From: Hyaloraphidium curvatum SAG 235-1
Taxonomy: Eukaryota; Fungi; Monoblepharomycota
Assembly: GCA_025558095.1 (NCBI GenBank)
Contig: JAIVFI010000005.1
Coordinates: 873,393 to 937,392, forward strand
Length of the DNA stretch: 64,000 bases
Direction: 5' to 3'
Shown: positions 12,692-23,671 of the stretch, piece after piece
Position numbering within the stretch: the stretch's first letter is position 1
Layout: every line of letters begins with the position of its first letter
The notes under the pieces: generated by a model
Database searches by the model: none
Told to the model about the DNA's origin: nothing
What the model saw: only the letters and a program-made list of their open reading frames with translations
Program-made: the position numbers and the translations under genes

Positions 12692-13161
12692 GGCGGGGTC
12701 GGGCTACGGTGGAGCAGGAAAAGCGGCACGCGCATCGCGCGATCGCCCCCAACACTAGGGGTCCAAACGCCACGCGCCATCGGCAATCCACACCTGCCCG
12801 TCTCTTCGCTCCGGAAAGGCCGCGGCGCCCCGCGCCCGCATCGCCAAGACCTGGAAGGATAGCGGGGCCGTGGCTGGAAGCGGGTCCAGCAGGCCGCGGA
12901 GGTGGGGCGAAAATCGCTCGTCCGCGCCACGGGACCCGGTCCGACCGAACCCGGCCCACGATAGGACCAGGCTCCGGGCTCGAGTCACTTCAACGACCAT
13001 CTCCCGCCGGAAACAATTGCGGAAACACCTGCGCTGCCGACGTACCGCGCCAACCGCTGGGGCTGTCGGGGAAGGCCGCGCGGAACATCGCCACGTACTC
13101 GGCATCGGAGGCGAACCTGGCGACGACCTCGTCCCGAACCCCGTCCGTCACCCCGAGCTCG

Positions 13162-13925
13162 ATGCGTTCACGGATCACCTACGCCGCCACTCACGAGATG
13201 CCTGACGGGAGCGGTGCTCGATGGGCCACGGTCGCCTCTTGCAACGTGGTATGCCGCGATGCGGCATCCTGTGGCCGCATCGCGTTCCAGCTCGCGGGCA
13301 ACGGTCCCTGCGCGCGCACGGTGCTCGACCTGCGCAACCTGCCTCCCGGCCTGCACGGCATCAGGGTCAGGTGGGCCGCCGCACTTTCCAGACAGAACCG
13401 TACTGCAATGCTGAGGGCATGGTTTCTGCATCGCAGCGAGTACGGCGACATGTCGGATCCTCCGCGGTCGCTCGGGCCGCGGTTCCTCTGGCGGCCAGCG
13501 GGTTCGCGGACCGAGGACTCGGAAGCGGGCGGTCGGGCGGCACCCTCGGACGTCGAAAGCGCGGATTCTCACCTTGTAGCGGCCGCAGATGACCTCGCCG
13601 TGATCTACGTGGGAGCGGATGGCACCGCTTCCGGGAGCTTCGTGGTCGGCGAGCTGTCACCGTGCTCGCTCGTTGGGTAAGCGGGTCATCTCGGCGCAGA
13701 CGAACGTTTCCGCCCGCTAATGACCGTGGGAAAAGTCGATCCGTCGCCTTGTACAGAATCCTGGACTCGGGGCTCGCCGACCGCGATCCGCGGCAAGAGT
13801 GGGACGACGAGTCCCCGCTGGGCTTTGCTTGGGGCGTCATTGGTGGGCTCGATCGTCGCCACAGCTGCGTGGATGCTCATCTGACGTCATTTGGTCAGGG
13901 TTTTCCGGCGACTGAGCCCTGGCGG
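13162..13925 (+). CDS. Cu/Zn-SOD-fold protein lacking most metal ligands (CCS domain II-like); both ends uncertain
   Basis: Spliced LRNLPPGLHGIRVSEYGDMSDPPRSLGPRF...DDLAVIYVGADGTASG...LSPCSLVGRSVAL...FAWGVIG follows the Sod_Cu consensus. Confidence 0.65.
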
Positions 13926-14157
13926 ACAGGCTGCCTGTATCGGGGCCGAGCGTCCATGCAATTTTCACCTCTGCCCTGCCACCCCGAACTGCGGCTCCAC
14001 CGCGTGACTCCCGCCCTCCAACCACGCCTTCAGCTCCGGATCTGCGGCCGTGGACTGCCAGTCACTCTTCGACGCCGTGAGGGGCGTCCACGTGCAAGCC
14101 CAATAGATCATTTCCGCAGACACCCGCAACTCCGAAACGCAACACCTGCACCTGCAA

Positions 14158-15165
14158 TCACAGCCTGCCCTTCTCTCCCTCCCCCTCCCCACTCTCCCCG
14201 CCCCCGTTGGCCCCCATCACCTTCCCCCAGTCGCGCACCTGCCTCTGCTTGTCCTCCTCCGCGAAGTTCTCGCCCTTCTTCTTGCGGCGGAGGTTCATCT
14301 TGAGCACCGCCTCCCACCGCGAGGCGTCGGCGGGCTCGGAACCGAACGTGGAGTACGCCGCGAACACTGCCCGTGCGTCAGCGTGGAGCCCGGAGCGCCG
14401 CAGCGCCGCGGCCGACCCACCCGGCCTCCCGTTGTCCGGCATCGTGTCCCCCCTGCACCCCGCGACCTCGACGGCGAGGTGCACGAGGATGTGCGCGGTC
14501 AGGCCGAATGTGGGCGGCTGGCCCGGGAGCGCGAAGCGGTGCCGCGCGGCCGAGTTGGGGGTCTTTTCGGTGGAGTGATGCGACGCCGAGAGGAAGTGCG
14601 AGAGGGGGACGTAGAACACTGGCGCGGGGTGACGGGCGGCTGTTAGGGGGAGAAGACGCGTGGGCAGCCCGGGAAGGGTACCCCTGTCGACCTCGTGGTG
14701 GTTGAGCTTCAGGTCCAGGTCCGGGATAGGCGGCACCAGCGCCACCACGGGCGTCACCAGCAGCCCGTTCCTGCTCACGTGCCCGGCCATCCAACCCCCC
14801 GGCACCAGCAGCTCGCACCGCCCCGGCTCCAGCCCGACCTCCTCGTGCGTCTCCCTCAATGCGGTGTCCGCCGGCCCGGCGTCCTTTTCCGGGTCGGCGC
14901 GGCCGCCGGGCAGCGCGACCTCGGAGGGGAAGGTGTTGAGGCGGCTGCTGCGCACGGTGAAGAGCACGTGCAGCTCGGGGTCGGGGTCGGCGTAGGAGCG
15001 CGGGACGGTGAGGGCGACGAGCACGGCGGCGCGCGAGTCGCCGACGCGGGCGGGGAAGAACGACTGGTCGACGTTGGGCTTGTAGGACTGCAGCCGTCGC
15101 ACGGCGTCGAGCGCGAACGACGGCCGCAAAAGGGAGGAGAAGGTGCCGGCGGGGGCCGTCGCCAT
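14158..15165 (-). CDS. PCD1: Nudix CoA diphosphatase (PCD1/NUDT7-8 family), probably one in-frame intron
   Basis: AAVLVAL...LFTVRSSRLNTFPSEVALPGG (CoA motif) plus Nudix box GRADPEKDAGPADTALRETHEEVGL; FGLTAHIL. Confidence 0.85.
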   Translation of the reverse strand: MATAPAGTFSSLLRPSFALDAVRRLQSYKPNVDQSFFPARVGDSRAAVLVALTVPRSYADPDPELHVLFTVRSSRLNTFPSEVALPGGRADPEKDAGPADTALRETHEEVGLEPGRCELLVPGGWMAGHVSRNGLLVTPVVALVPPIPDLDLKLNHHEVDRGTLPGLPTRLLPLTAARHPAPVFYVPLSHFLSASHHSTEKTPNSAARHRFALPGQPPTFGLTAHILVHLAVEVAGCRGDTMPDNGRPGGSAAALRRSGLHADARAVFAAYSTFGSEPADASRWEAVLKMNLRRKKKGENFAEEDKQRQVRDWGKVMGANGGGESGEGEGEKGRL

Positions 15166-15361
15166 CTCGAAAACTGGCAGGGTGGTGGAGGAGGAAAGGG
15201 AGACACTTGGCCCAGGAGGGAGGCACGCGATCGCGGTCCGCCCGAGTCCCTGCCGGCTCAGTGCCGATCCGGAGACGGATCTCCGGGAGATGCCTCGGCA
15301 GCTAGCGTCGGCCGTCTAAACAGAACGACGCGTTAGCGGGGGATTAAGATAAACACACGAT

Positions 15362-15392
15362 CGGGCCGACACGCGTCCCGGAGTGGCAAACG
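15362..15392 (+). repeat. 31-bp perfect direct repeat, left copy
   Basis: cgggccgacacgcgtcccggagtggcaaacg, identical at 17649-17679. Confidence 0.9.
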
Positions 15393-15906
15393 GGAATTCT
15401 TTGATTCCAGGCACCCACTTGAAAGGTTCCGAAAACCATCTCGTCCCATCCATCCCGAGATGTCAAGCTTCTGATTGGCGGGGATCGAAGGCTGCATCCC
15501 CAACCACCTCGCCGACGTTCGCTGAGGCAGTTGGACACCTGCCGGGACGGGACCTCCTCCCGCGAAACACTGAGCCCCGAAACCTGGTGTTGGGAAAAGA
15601 ACTCCGGGTCAGTGATGGCGCCCGGCGACGGAGTCGAAATCGCATCGGCCGGCTCGGAACCCATCGTTCGATCCGTTCGGGCTGGTGCACCTCCGGCCAC
15701 CCCGCCTGAAGAGCATCGGAACCCCCGTTCCGCGCCTCCGTCACTCCGCCCGACTCACTTCGAAGCTGCCAACGGTGCGTACACGCCTTCCGCGTCCGTC
15801 CCCGGCGGCGGATGTTGCGGCGACGGCGCCCGCCGGCGGGGCCCCCGGCACCCGTTTCAGGGATCCGGCACCCGCTGACTGTCCGCCGCCCCAGCGCCCG
15901 ATCCCA

Positions 15907-17511
15907 ATGGCCACGGAGCGAGACGATCGCATCCCGGTCACCGTGCTCACAGGTGGGCACGCCGCGACGGTCCCGGCGGCGCGCTGACGGCCGTCTTCCT
16001 GCCAGGGTTCCTCGGGAGCGGCAAGACCACGCTGCTGAACCACATCCTCACCGCCGAGCACGGCAAGAAGGTTGGCCGCCGCGGTCTCGAGCCGGTTACG
16101 TGCCCTGAAGCCCTCCGCCCCCCCTCCGGAGATCGCGGTGATCGAGAACGAGTTCGGGGAAGTGGGGGTGGACGATGCCCTCGTGCGGAACCGCAACAGG
16201 TTCTACGGCGAGGTGGGCCCGCTCGGATCCGCTCCTGCCGCCGCCTCTGATGATCGCGACGGCCCCCCTTGCAGGAAGACATCTTCGAGATGAAGTTCGG
16301 CAACCTCCAACGCACCCGGCCTGGACTGCCCTGACCCCGACCCGCCGCCCACAGTAACGGCTGCATATGCTGCACCGTCCGCAGCGACCTCATCGACATC
16401 ATCGGCCGGCTGCTCGCCCGCCGCGTCAGGCTCGACGGCATCGTCATCGAGACCACGGGCATGGCCGACCCCGCGCCCGTCGCGCAGACCTTCTTCGTCG
16501 AGGACCGCATCGCCGCGGCCTGCCGCCTCGACGCCATCGTCACGGTCGTGGACGCCAAGCACGCGCTGCCGCACCTGGACGAGGTCAAGCCCGAGGGCGT
16601 GGAGAACGAGGCCGTGGAGCAGGTGGGACGGCGGCGCCCCCAGCGCCCCGGGAGCGAGCTCACCGCACGCGCGCGCAGGTGGCCTTCGCGGACAGGATCC
16701 TGCTCAACAAGGTCGACCTCGCCACGCGGACCGAGGTCGACGCCGTCGCGGCCCGCATCCGCGCCATCAACCGGTTCGCCGAGATCATCGAGACCACGCA
16801 CTCCTCCGTCGACATGGACCGCATCCTCCGCATCGGGGCTTTCGACCTCCGCCGCGCGGTGGAGCTGGACCCCGAGTTCCTCGAAAACACCGACCACCAG
16901 CACGACCAGTCCGTCACGTCCGTGGGATTCAGGTGCGTCCCGCGTCATCGTGCGCCCGAGCGGTCGCATGCCGCGGACGCCGACCGCCGCCGCCGTGCAG
17001 GTTCGAGGGCAACGTCAGCAAGGCCAGGCTGGAGGAGTTCATCGGCGACCTGATGCGCACCAAGGGCACGGATCTGTACAGGTACAAGGGCGTTCTCTCC
17101 GTCCAGGGCATGGACCAGCGCTTCGTCTTCCAGGGTGGGGCTTCCGCGCTCCGCTCCCTCGTGACATCCCCGCTACGGCCTCCAACCCGCCCGCCTGCAG
17201 GCGTGCACATGCTCTTTGGCGGCACCTTCGCCGACCCGTGGGGTCCCGACGAGAAGCGCGAGAACCGTTTCGTCTTCATAGGCAGGAACCTCGACCGGGA
17301 GCGCCTCTCGCGCGGGTTCGAGGCGTGCCGCGTCCCGGCGGACCTGCGCTTTCCCCTCGGCGCCAGGGTCAGGTGCATCGTCAGGGCCGGGTGGAGGAAG
17401 GGCACGGTGATCGGGCTGTGGGACGGCGGCAACGCCTACAGGGTGAAGCTGGACGCCGGGCACGACGTGTGGGCGCCCGAGGACGACGATTCGTACGTGC
17501 GCGCGGCTTGA
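15907..17511 (+). CDS. COG0523/CobW-family G3E GTPase (Zn metallochaperone, ZNG1-like) with C-terminal SH3-like extension; about 7 introns
   Basis: IPVTVLTGFLGSGKTT, IAVIENEFGE, NGCICCT, IETTGMADP, ILLNKVD, LYRYKG, FQGVH, FVFIGRNLD. Confidence 0.92.
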
Positions 17512-17648
17512 GCCCCGCGGACCGCCAAGGGGGGCCAGAGGAGCGTGCCGCGTGGCACTTGCATGCAGCGCATACATCGTTAACGCGACTGGCGAATACA
17601 ATAGGGGGCGAGCTAGCGAACGCCGCGCGGGTAAACGGGGACGGTCGC

Positions 17649-17679
17649 CGGGCCGACACGCGTCCCGGAGTGGCAAACG
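17649..17679 (+). repeat. 31-bp perfect direct repeat, right copy
   Basis: Identical to 15362-15392. Confidence 0.9.
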
Positions 17680-17734
17680 CGGCAACATCTCCCCAACCAG
17701 CACCTTCCTTGAAGTCTTAACCAGCCTGATAGCG

Positions 17735-18526
17735 ATGAGCGCTCCCCTCGTTCTGGTCGAGCGCGACGGCCCCGTCGCCGTGGTCACGATGAACCGCCCC
17801 TCCGCCATGAACGCGCTGTCCCGCGCGCTGCAGGCCGACCTCGCCAGGGCGTTCCGCGAGCTCGAGGCCGACGCCTCCGTGCGCGCCGTGGTGCTCACCG
17901 GCGCCGGCGACCGCGCCTTCACCGCCGGGCTGGACCTGCGCGAGGTCGGCCGGGTCGGCCTGTCGGGGGGCCCGGGCACCGAGGGCGCCCGCCGCGAGAC
18001 CGACCCCGTGGTCGCCATGCACGCCATGTCCAAGCCCATCATCGGCGCAATCAACGGCGTCGCCGTCACGGGCGGCTTCGAGGTCGCGCTGGCATGCGAC
18101 GTGCTCGTGGCGTCGACAAACGCCCGCTTCGCAGACACACACGTGCGCGTGGGCGTCACCCCCGGCTGGCTGCTCTCGCAGCGGCTGTCGCGGCTGATCG
18201 GCATCTCGCGGGCCAAGGAGCTCAGCTTCACGGGGAACTACATCGACGCGCAGACCGCCCTCGCCTGGGGCCTCGTGAACCGCGTGGTGCCCCCCGCGGA
18301 GCTGCTCCCCCTGGCGAAGAAGCTCGCGGCGGACATGGCGTCGACGGACCCGGACATGCTGCGGAGGTACAAGAGGCTGATCGACGACGGGTTCGACCTG
18401 CCGTTCGGCGAGGCGAGGAAGCTCGAGGCCGCGAGGGCCGCGGAGGACAACAAGAAGGTCACCGCCGAATCGGTCGAGTCCAGGCGCGTGGGGATCAAGG
18501 AGAGGGGGAGGTCGCAGAAGCTGTGA
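17735..18526 (+). CDS. Enoyl-CoA hydratase/isomerase (crotonase), intronless, bacterial-like, C-terminal QKL
   Basis: MNRPSAMNALS, AFTAGLDL, KPIIGAINGVAVTGGFE, FADTHVRVG, ALAWGLVNRVV. Confidence 0.9.
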   Translation: MSAPLVLVERDGPVAVVTMNRPSAMNALSRALQADLARAFRELEADASVRAVVLTGAGDRAFTAGLDLREVGRVGLSGGPGTEGARRETDPVVAMHAMSKPIIGAINGVAVTGGFEVALACDVLVASTNARFADTHVRVGVTPGWLLSQRLSRLIGISRAKELSFTGNYIDAQTALAWGLVNRVVPPAELLPLAKKLAADMASTDPDMLRRYKRLIDDGFDLPFGEARKLEAARAAEDNKKVTAESVESRRVGIKERGRSQKL

Positions 18527-18785
18527 GGTTCGTCGTGGGATGGGAGGGGGAGGGGGTCGGGAATCCGGTTGGAGCGAAATGGGCGGGAATGGCAGTCGAT
18601 TGGAGCACGGATTCGAATCGCCCAAGTACAGAGTTCCCATCGTCCATGCCCGCCACGGACCGCTCCCAGGGATCAGCAACCCCTCTCGTCCAGCCGTCCG
18701 CTCGCGTCGCGCTTGCGCCTGCAGTTCGGCGCCTCCAACGACCGTCAGCCCCCCTCTCCCCCACAGCGACGGGGCAGACACTCAC

Positions 18786-19116
18786 CGGGTCGTACCGCTT
18801 GTACAGCCCCTTCCGCCCGGCGTAGCCCACGCAGGCGACGTGGTCGGGGGGCGCGTCGGGGTGCGAGAACTCGCTGCGAGGGGGTCAGCGCCGGCCCGGT
18901 CCCGGGCGCGGGGAAAAGGCGGGTACCAGAACGCGCCGTCGAGGCACTCGGAGCAGGCGCGCGCGAAGAGCACCGTCTCGGGTGGGGGGTTGGGAGGGAG
19001 GGGGCTGTGCCGGGAGGTCAGCGCGGGCCGCGGGAGAGGGGCGGGCGCGCGCACGTTGCGGTGGCGAGCACGGTGAGCGAGAGGAGGGCGAGGAGGAGGC
19101 GGGGGAGGAGCACCAT
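18786..19116 (-). CDS. Secreted Cys-rich protein, family copy B (3' end unresolved)
   Basis: Signal MVLLPRLLLALLSLTVLATA; LFARACSECLDGAFC^EFSHPDAPPDHVACVGYAGRKGLYKRYDP; same intron positions as copy A. Confidence 0.7.
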
Positions 19117-20226
19117 CGCGGCGACCGGTTGGGGATGGGGATACGGCCGGCGGAAGTCCCCTGATTGGTCCCTCAAAAGGACAAGCCGCCCGGACCGGCC
19201 ACCGAGAAATCGCCGCTTATCCGGTGCGCGACATAGCTCCAAGGGAAGCAACGATGCCCGCGCGCACCCGCCGTCCGTTTTGAAAGGTCCGCAGCCCGGT
19301 TCCCGCGCGGTCGGCTGGACAGCCGGCCGCGGAAGCGGACGGAACGAGCCGGCCATCTTGTCCGCCTTTGCGTAGCGCGGGAGAAGCATAAAGATCTCGT
19401 GCCGCTGCGATGCACGCCCTTGCTGGGCGGGGGCCGTGCTGGAGGTGCACCAAACGCGGGCATCGAGGGCTTCTCAGGACGCCCTAGCTGGCCTGCGTCG
19501 TCCCAGCACCTCCAGCTCCGCCGGTTCAGAGCTCACATTGTCCCCCATCTGCAAACGCAGATCCGATGGCCAAAATTACCCGAAGCTGGGTTCCCTCACA
19601 TAGGAGATGCGCGCCGCGGATTGCTAGTCCGCGGCAGCCTCTCCCCCTCCCCCCTCCTTCCACGCGGCAGTGCTGGAGGGAACCAAAACGATGCGATGAC
19701 CGTGGTGGCGTCTCGAGCCAACATCTGCCGATGCCGGTTCCGAGCTCCGCGCCCCGTCGGCGTCGGCAGAGGATCTCCGCACCGCAAGGAAGGTACGCGC
19801 ACAGTCGCACGCGGGCGCCGCTGAAATCCGAGAGGCTAGCCAGCCAGCGCCGTGCAGCGCAGGTCGGCTCGGGCAAATCGGCGGCGCCCCAGTCGTCTCC
19901 GGCCCTTAGGTACGGTGCCGAGAATCCCCCCAGAGTCCGTCCGGCCTTCGTCGGCCACTGACGCCGGGGAACTCGTTCCAGGCCGCCGGCACCCCTGGCG
20001 CCGCAACGACCCGTGAAGGGCGTGCTGGAGGAGCTCGACGGGCAGATTCAAGAGACCTACTCTCGGTGAGATACGCACGATGTCTCTCGGGGTTTCGGGA
20101 CCAAAGCTCCTTCGATGGGCGGACTCAAGAAGAAGAAGCTTGGAGACGCGGACAGCCCGTCGAGGCGCGGGCGCCCGCCGCCAACCCGTTTCTGACGCAC
20201 TGCCTCCCAACCCCTCGGAAATCGCC

Positions 20227-21747
20227 ATGGCCGCGGCGGAGTTCCCCATACCGCCGGCCGCCTTCCTCGCGTGCTTTCCCGCGCCGCCGCCCGCGCGCGC
20301 GCCGCGGTCGCTGCCCGAAGCCATGGCCGCGCGGTCGGCCGACCCGCCAGACATTGCCGCGCTGCGTGCCGCGCGTCCGCTGGACGAGGCGTCCGTCCGC
20401 CGGGCGCTGCGGGACCTACCACTGCTGGCCGCATTTGTCGCCATCTCGACGCGGCTCGGTCGGCTTCTGCGCCACGCCTGGGCACGCGTCCTGCTGCTCA
20501 ACGTGCCCGAGATATTCCTGTTCCTGCTCGTGTTTCCCTTCGGCAACGGCGCCTTTGCAACCCGAGCGCTGGCCGCCGGTACCGTCGCGATCGTACTGCA
20601 GGCGGCCTGGTGGACGTGGACCGTCCACAGCGAGCGCTCGAACTGGTTCAGCGGCGGAGTCGGCCCAAAGGCCGAGCGAGATGACCCGGAGAAGGCCCCC
20701 GAGCTGCCGAGCCCGTCTGAGGAGCGGGATGAGGCCGGCGCACTGGCCGGTGTGGTGCGCTACCTCCAGCTCGTCGGCGACTGCAGTGCACAGGGAGGTT
20801 TCGCCTGCTCCGCGTTTCTTGAGCACGATTCCACGAACGAGGACCTGTGCCCTTGCACGAAATGCACAAAAGTGGCCGTGAGGGTGGGAACTGTTCTCAC
20901 GGCCGTGGCCGGCATTTCCTTGTTCGTCTTCGGTATTTGTGTTTGGATCGTTCTCAGGACCTGGACACCGGTCGTTTCCCTCGGCCAGTACGTCTGGCGC
21001 ACGCCGTGGTCCGCGACCTTGGCTGCGGTCGCGCTGGCTGCTATGGTCATCTACGCGCCCGCCTCGTGCTTTGTGCCGTTGAATATCTTGAACGGCGGCT
21101 GGCTGGACCTGGAACTTCGCCTTCGCTTGCGCGCCGTGACTACATCGCTAGCAGAACTGCACGACAAGCTCGCCCGCGCCGCCTCGGAACCCGATTTCCG
21201 CCCCCCCGAGATCTCAGCCTCCCCCTACGTTGCCCTTCACGGGCGCCTGCTGAGCGAATGGGCCGACAACGTGCTCTTCTCCGCCTTTTTCGGCCGCGCC
21301 TTCCGTAACTTTGTCCTCTCCGACCTCCTCGCCGCCCTCCTCAACGCCGCCGTCGCAACGTGCATCCCCGCTTCGTACGTGGCCAGCATCGCCCTCGTCC
21401 TCTACATGGCCTCGTGGTACATGTTTGCCACCGCGGCAGTGAACAGGCAGTGCGATGCGGTCGCGGTGGCCTACCGCCGCGCGGCGCTGGACCTCGACCT
21501 GCTCGCCGACTCTTTCCCCGACGCCCCCGGCGTCGCGCGCCGCTCCATTGCCGCCCACAAAGCGGTGCTCGAGCGGTTCTCGCAGCTCGACGGGGCGCGC
21601 GCGAGGTTCCTCGGGCTGCCGGTGACGGTGGAGGTAATCAGGGCGCTGGCCACCACCGTGGCCACCCTGGCGGTGGCGCTGTGGTCCGTTCTGAGGTCCG
21701 TGGGGGTGTCGATTACTATCGAGAACCTGTGCCCAGTGGGGAGCTGA
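20227..21747 (+). CDS. Multi-pass membrane protein, gustatory-receptor-like/7TMIC-type; paralogue of 60837-62321
   Basis: About 7 hydrophobic segments; LCPCTKC loop; C-terminal ARFLGLPVTVEVIRALATTVATLAVALWSVLR...IENLCP; intronless. Family call is inferred. Confidence 0.6.
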   Translation: MAAAEFPIPPAAFLACFPAPPPARAPRSLPEAMAARSADPPDIAALRAARPLDEASVRRALRDLPLLAAFVAISTRLGRLLRHAWARVLLLNVPEIFLFLLVFPFGNGAFATRALAAGTVAIVLQAAWWTWTVHSERSNWFSGGVGPKAERDDPEKAPELPSPSEERDEAGALAGVVRYLQLVGDCSAQGGFACSAFLEHDSTNEDLCPCTKCTKVAVRVGTVLTAVAGISLFVFGICVWIVLRTWTPVVSLGQYVWRTPWSATLAAVALAAMVIYAPASCFVPLNILNGGWLDLELRLRLRAVTTSLAELHDKLARAASEPDFRPPEISASPYVALHGRLLSEWADNVLFSAFFGRAFRNFVLSDLLAALLNAAVATCIPASYVASIALVLYMASWYMFATAAVNRQCDAVAVAYRRAALDLDLLADSFPDAPGVARRSIAAHKAVLERFSQLDGARARFLGLPVTVEVIRALATTVATLAVALWSVLRSVGVSITIENLCPVGS

Positions 21748-21998
21748 GTTGCGAAGTCAGGCCCGAGCCGTCGTCGCCACGGGACGGTCCGCGACGGGGA
21801 AGCCTGGTTCCAGAACACGTAGTTATCAGTCTTTCCTTTCGATACACAGAGATTGCTACACTGCGAGTCTCATTCCCCGAAGTGGTAACAGATCGGCTGA
21901 AGACAGAGTCCCCAAAGGCATCACTGACAACCATCAACCCAACCTGCTTAGCGCCAACGCAAAACTGCCCTCCCTCCCCCGGACCTTGCAGTACATGT

Positions 21999-22337
21999 TC
22001 AACAGCCGAGCGCCGGGCACGCATTGCCCTTGTACCCCATCGAGTAGCCCGACTGGGTCTGCCTCCCGGGTGCCGAGCTCCACCTGAAGCAGAAGTTGGC
22101 GCTGGAGCGCGCATAGGCGACGCAGGACGCCAGCGCATCGCACAGGTCTCGGCAGGCCGCGTCCGTGAAGACGTTCTGGACGAGGCCGCCGACGGCCACG
22201 GTGTTCCGCACGGGAAGGAGTTTGACGGGCAAGACACAAAGTCGGAGGCGTAGCGGCGGTAAATGGCCTCGTTGTCGTTGGCGATGTGCTCGATGCAGGC
22301 GACCATGCCGTCGGGGGCACCCGGGTGCGCGAACTCG
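21999..22337 (-). pseudogene. Secreted Cys-rich family copy C; upstream exons absent, frameshifted; PAN/apple-like tail
   Basis: Acceptor cgcag|cGAGTTC then EFAHPGAPDGMVACIEHIANDNEAIYRRYASDFVSC; frame switch to ...DAACRDLCDALASCVAY...NFCF. Confidence 0.6.
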
Positions 22338-22796
22338 CTGCGGGGCGCGGGTATGGGCGATCCAGAGCGAATGTCGCAATCCCCCTCGGCCACAGCCCAA
22401 CCCCGTCCGCGTCCCGCCGTGCAGACGCGCCCCGCTTCAGCGGTTCTAGCTCCTTTTTCTATCTTGGAGATCCCTCCCATCACGCAAACTTGTTTTGCGA
22501 AACGTGTCTTCAGTTTCGGTACGCCACAGCCGGCGGTGACCCGTCGACGAACGTCTCTGGGGCCTCATCGACCGATCCTCCGACAGCAGATGATCGGGTC
22601 AATTGACCCTATCCGAGGCCGGAGGAGGCAGAAAGCACCGAACCGGGCCAAAAATCCGGGCCGGGCGCGGGTTTTGCTCATGAACAAACGTTTGGCGAGT
22701 GCGCGCTTACGACGCTCCTTGCCCCCACCCCGCTATTTATGCGCCTGACCCTCCGCCACCCAGCACACGCGCCCAAATACACCGAACTCCCACGCC

Positions 22797-23671
22797 ATGC
22801 ACACCCTACCCAAATCCGTATTCGTTCTCGGCGGCACCGGCCTCATCGGCGTCCTCACGTTGAAGTCGCTCCTCTCCCGGGGCCACTCCGTGACCGCCTA
22901 CGTGCGCACGCCGTCCAAGGTGCCCGTCGACCTGCTCTCCAAGTACCCCGACACCTTGCACGTCGTCCAGGGCTCCATCGACAGCAAGGAGCAGCTGGTG
23001 GCCGCGCTCACCGCGCGCCTGCACGACGCCGTGGTCTCCTCTATCGGGCCGGTCGACCTGCGCGGCCACGTCGCGGGGACCCTCGCCGCGAGCTACCGGA
23101 CCATCGCGGCGGCAATGAAGGAGGCCGGCGTGACGAGGATCTACGCGCTCTCGACCTTCTCGTACACCACCGAGTCGGACAAATTCTCGTTCGGGCGGAG
23201 TGGGTTCTCGTCCTTGCCTCCGCGCATCAGCAGCAGGCTGACAGTCCCTGGGACCTCCAGATTTTACCGTCGGCGTGGTCACCCTACTCATCCCAGCCTC
23301 CAAATCCGAGTTCGTGCAGATCGCCAAGGTCTTCAACGAGGAGGGCGTCTACGGCGGGATTGACTGGACCGTGTTCCGCGTGGGGATGCTCAAGGACGGC
23401 GGGTCTCCGCAGGCAGTCCGCAGCATGGTCATTTCTCATGCAGAGCTCCCTCCAGGCGAACCGGGCAAGGTCAGCGCTGGCACCATCGGGGCTTCCGAAA
23501 GCAGCGGCGGGATCACGAGGGTGGGCTTCTCCGCGCGTTCGAACGGCCGGGATCGCTCTGACGTCCCTTCCCTCTGCAATCCAGAGCGGCATCGCGCAGT
23601 GGCTGACCGAGCAGGTGGAGAAGAACTCGAGGGAGTGGGTGGGGAAGCTGCCGTACATCAGCAACATATAG
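22797..23671 (+). CDS. NAD(P)H-binding atypical SDR (flavin reductase/BLVRB-like), spliced
   Basis: VFVLGGTGLIG, VTAYVRTPSK, DAVVSSIGP, AMKEAGVTRI, IDWTVFRVGML, WVGKLPYISN. Confidence 0.8.
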
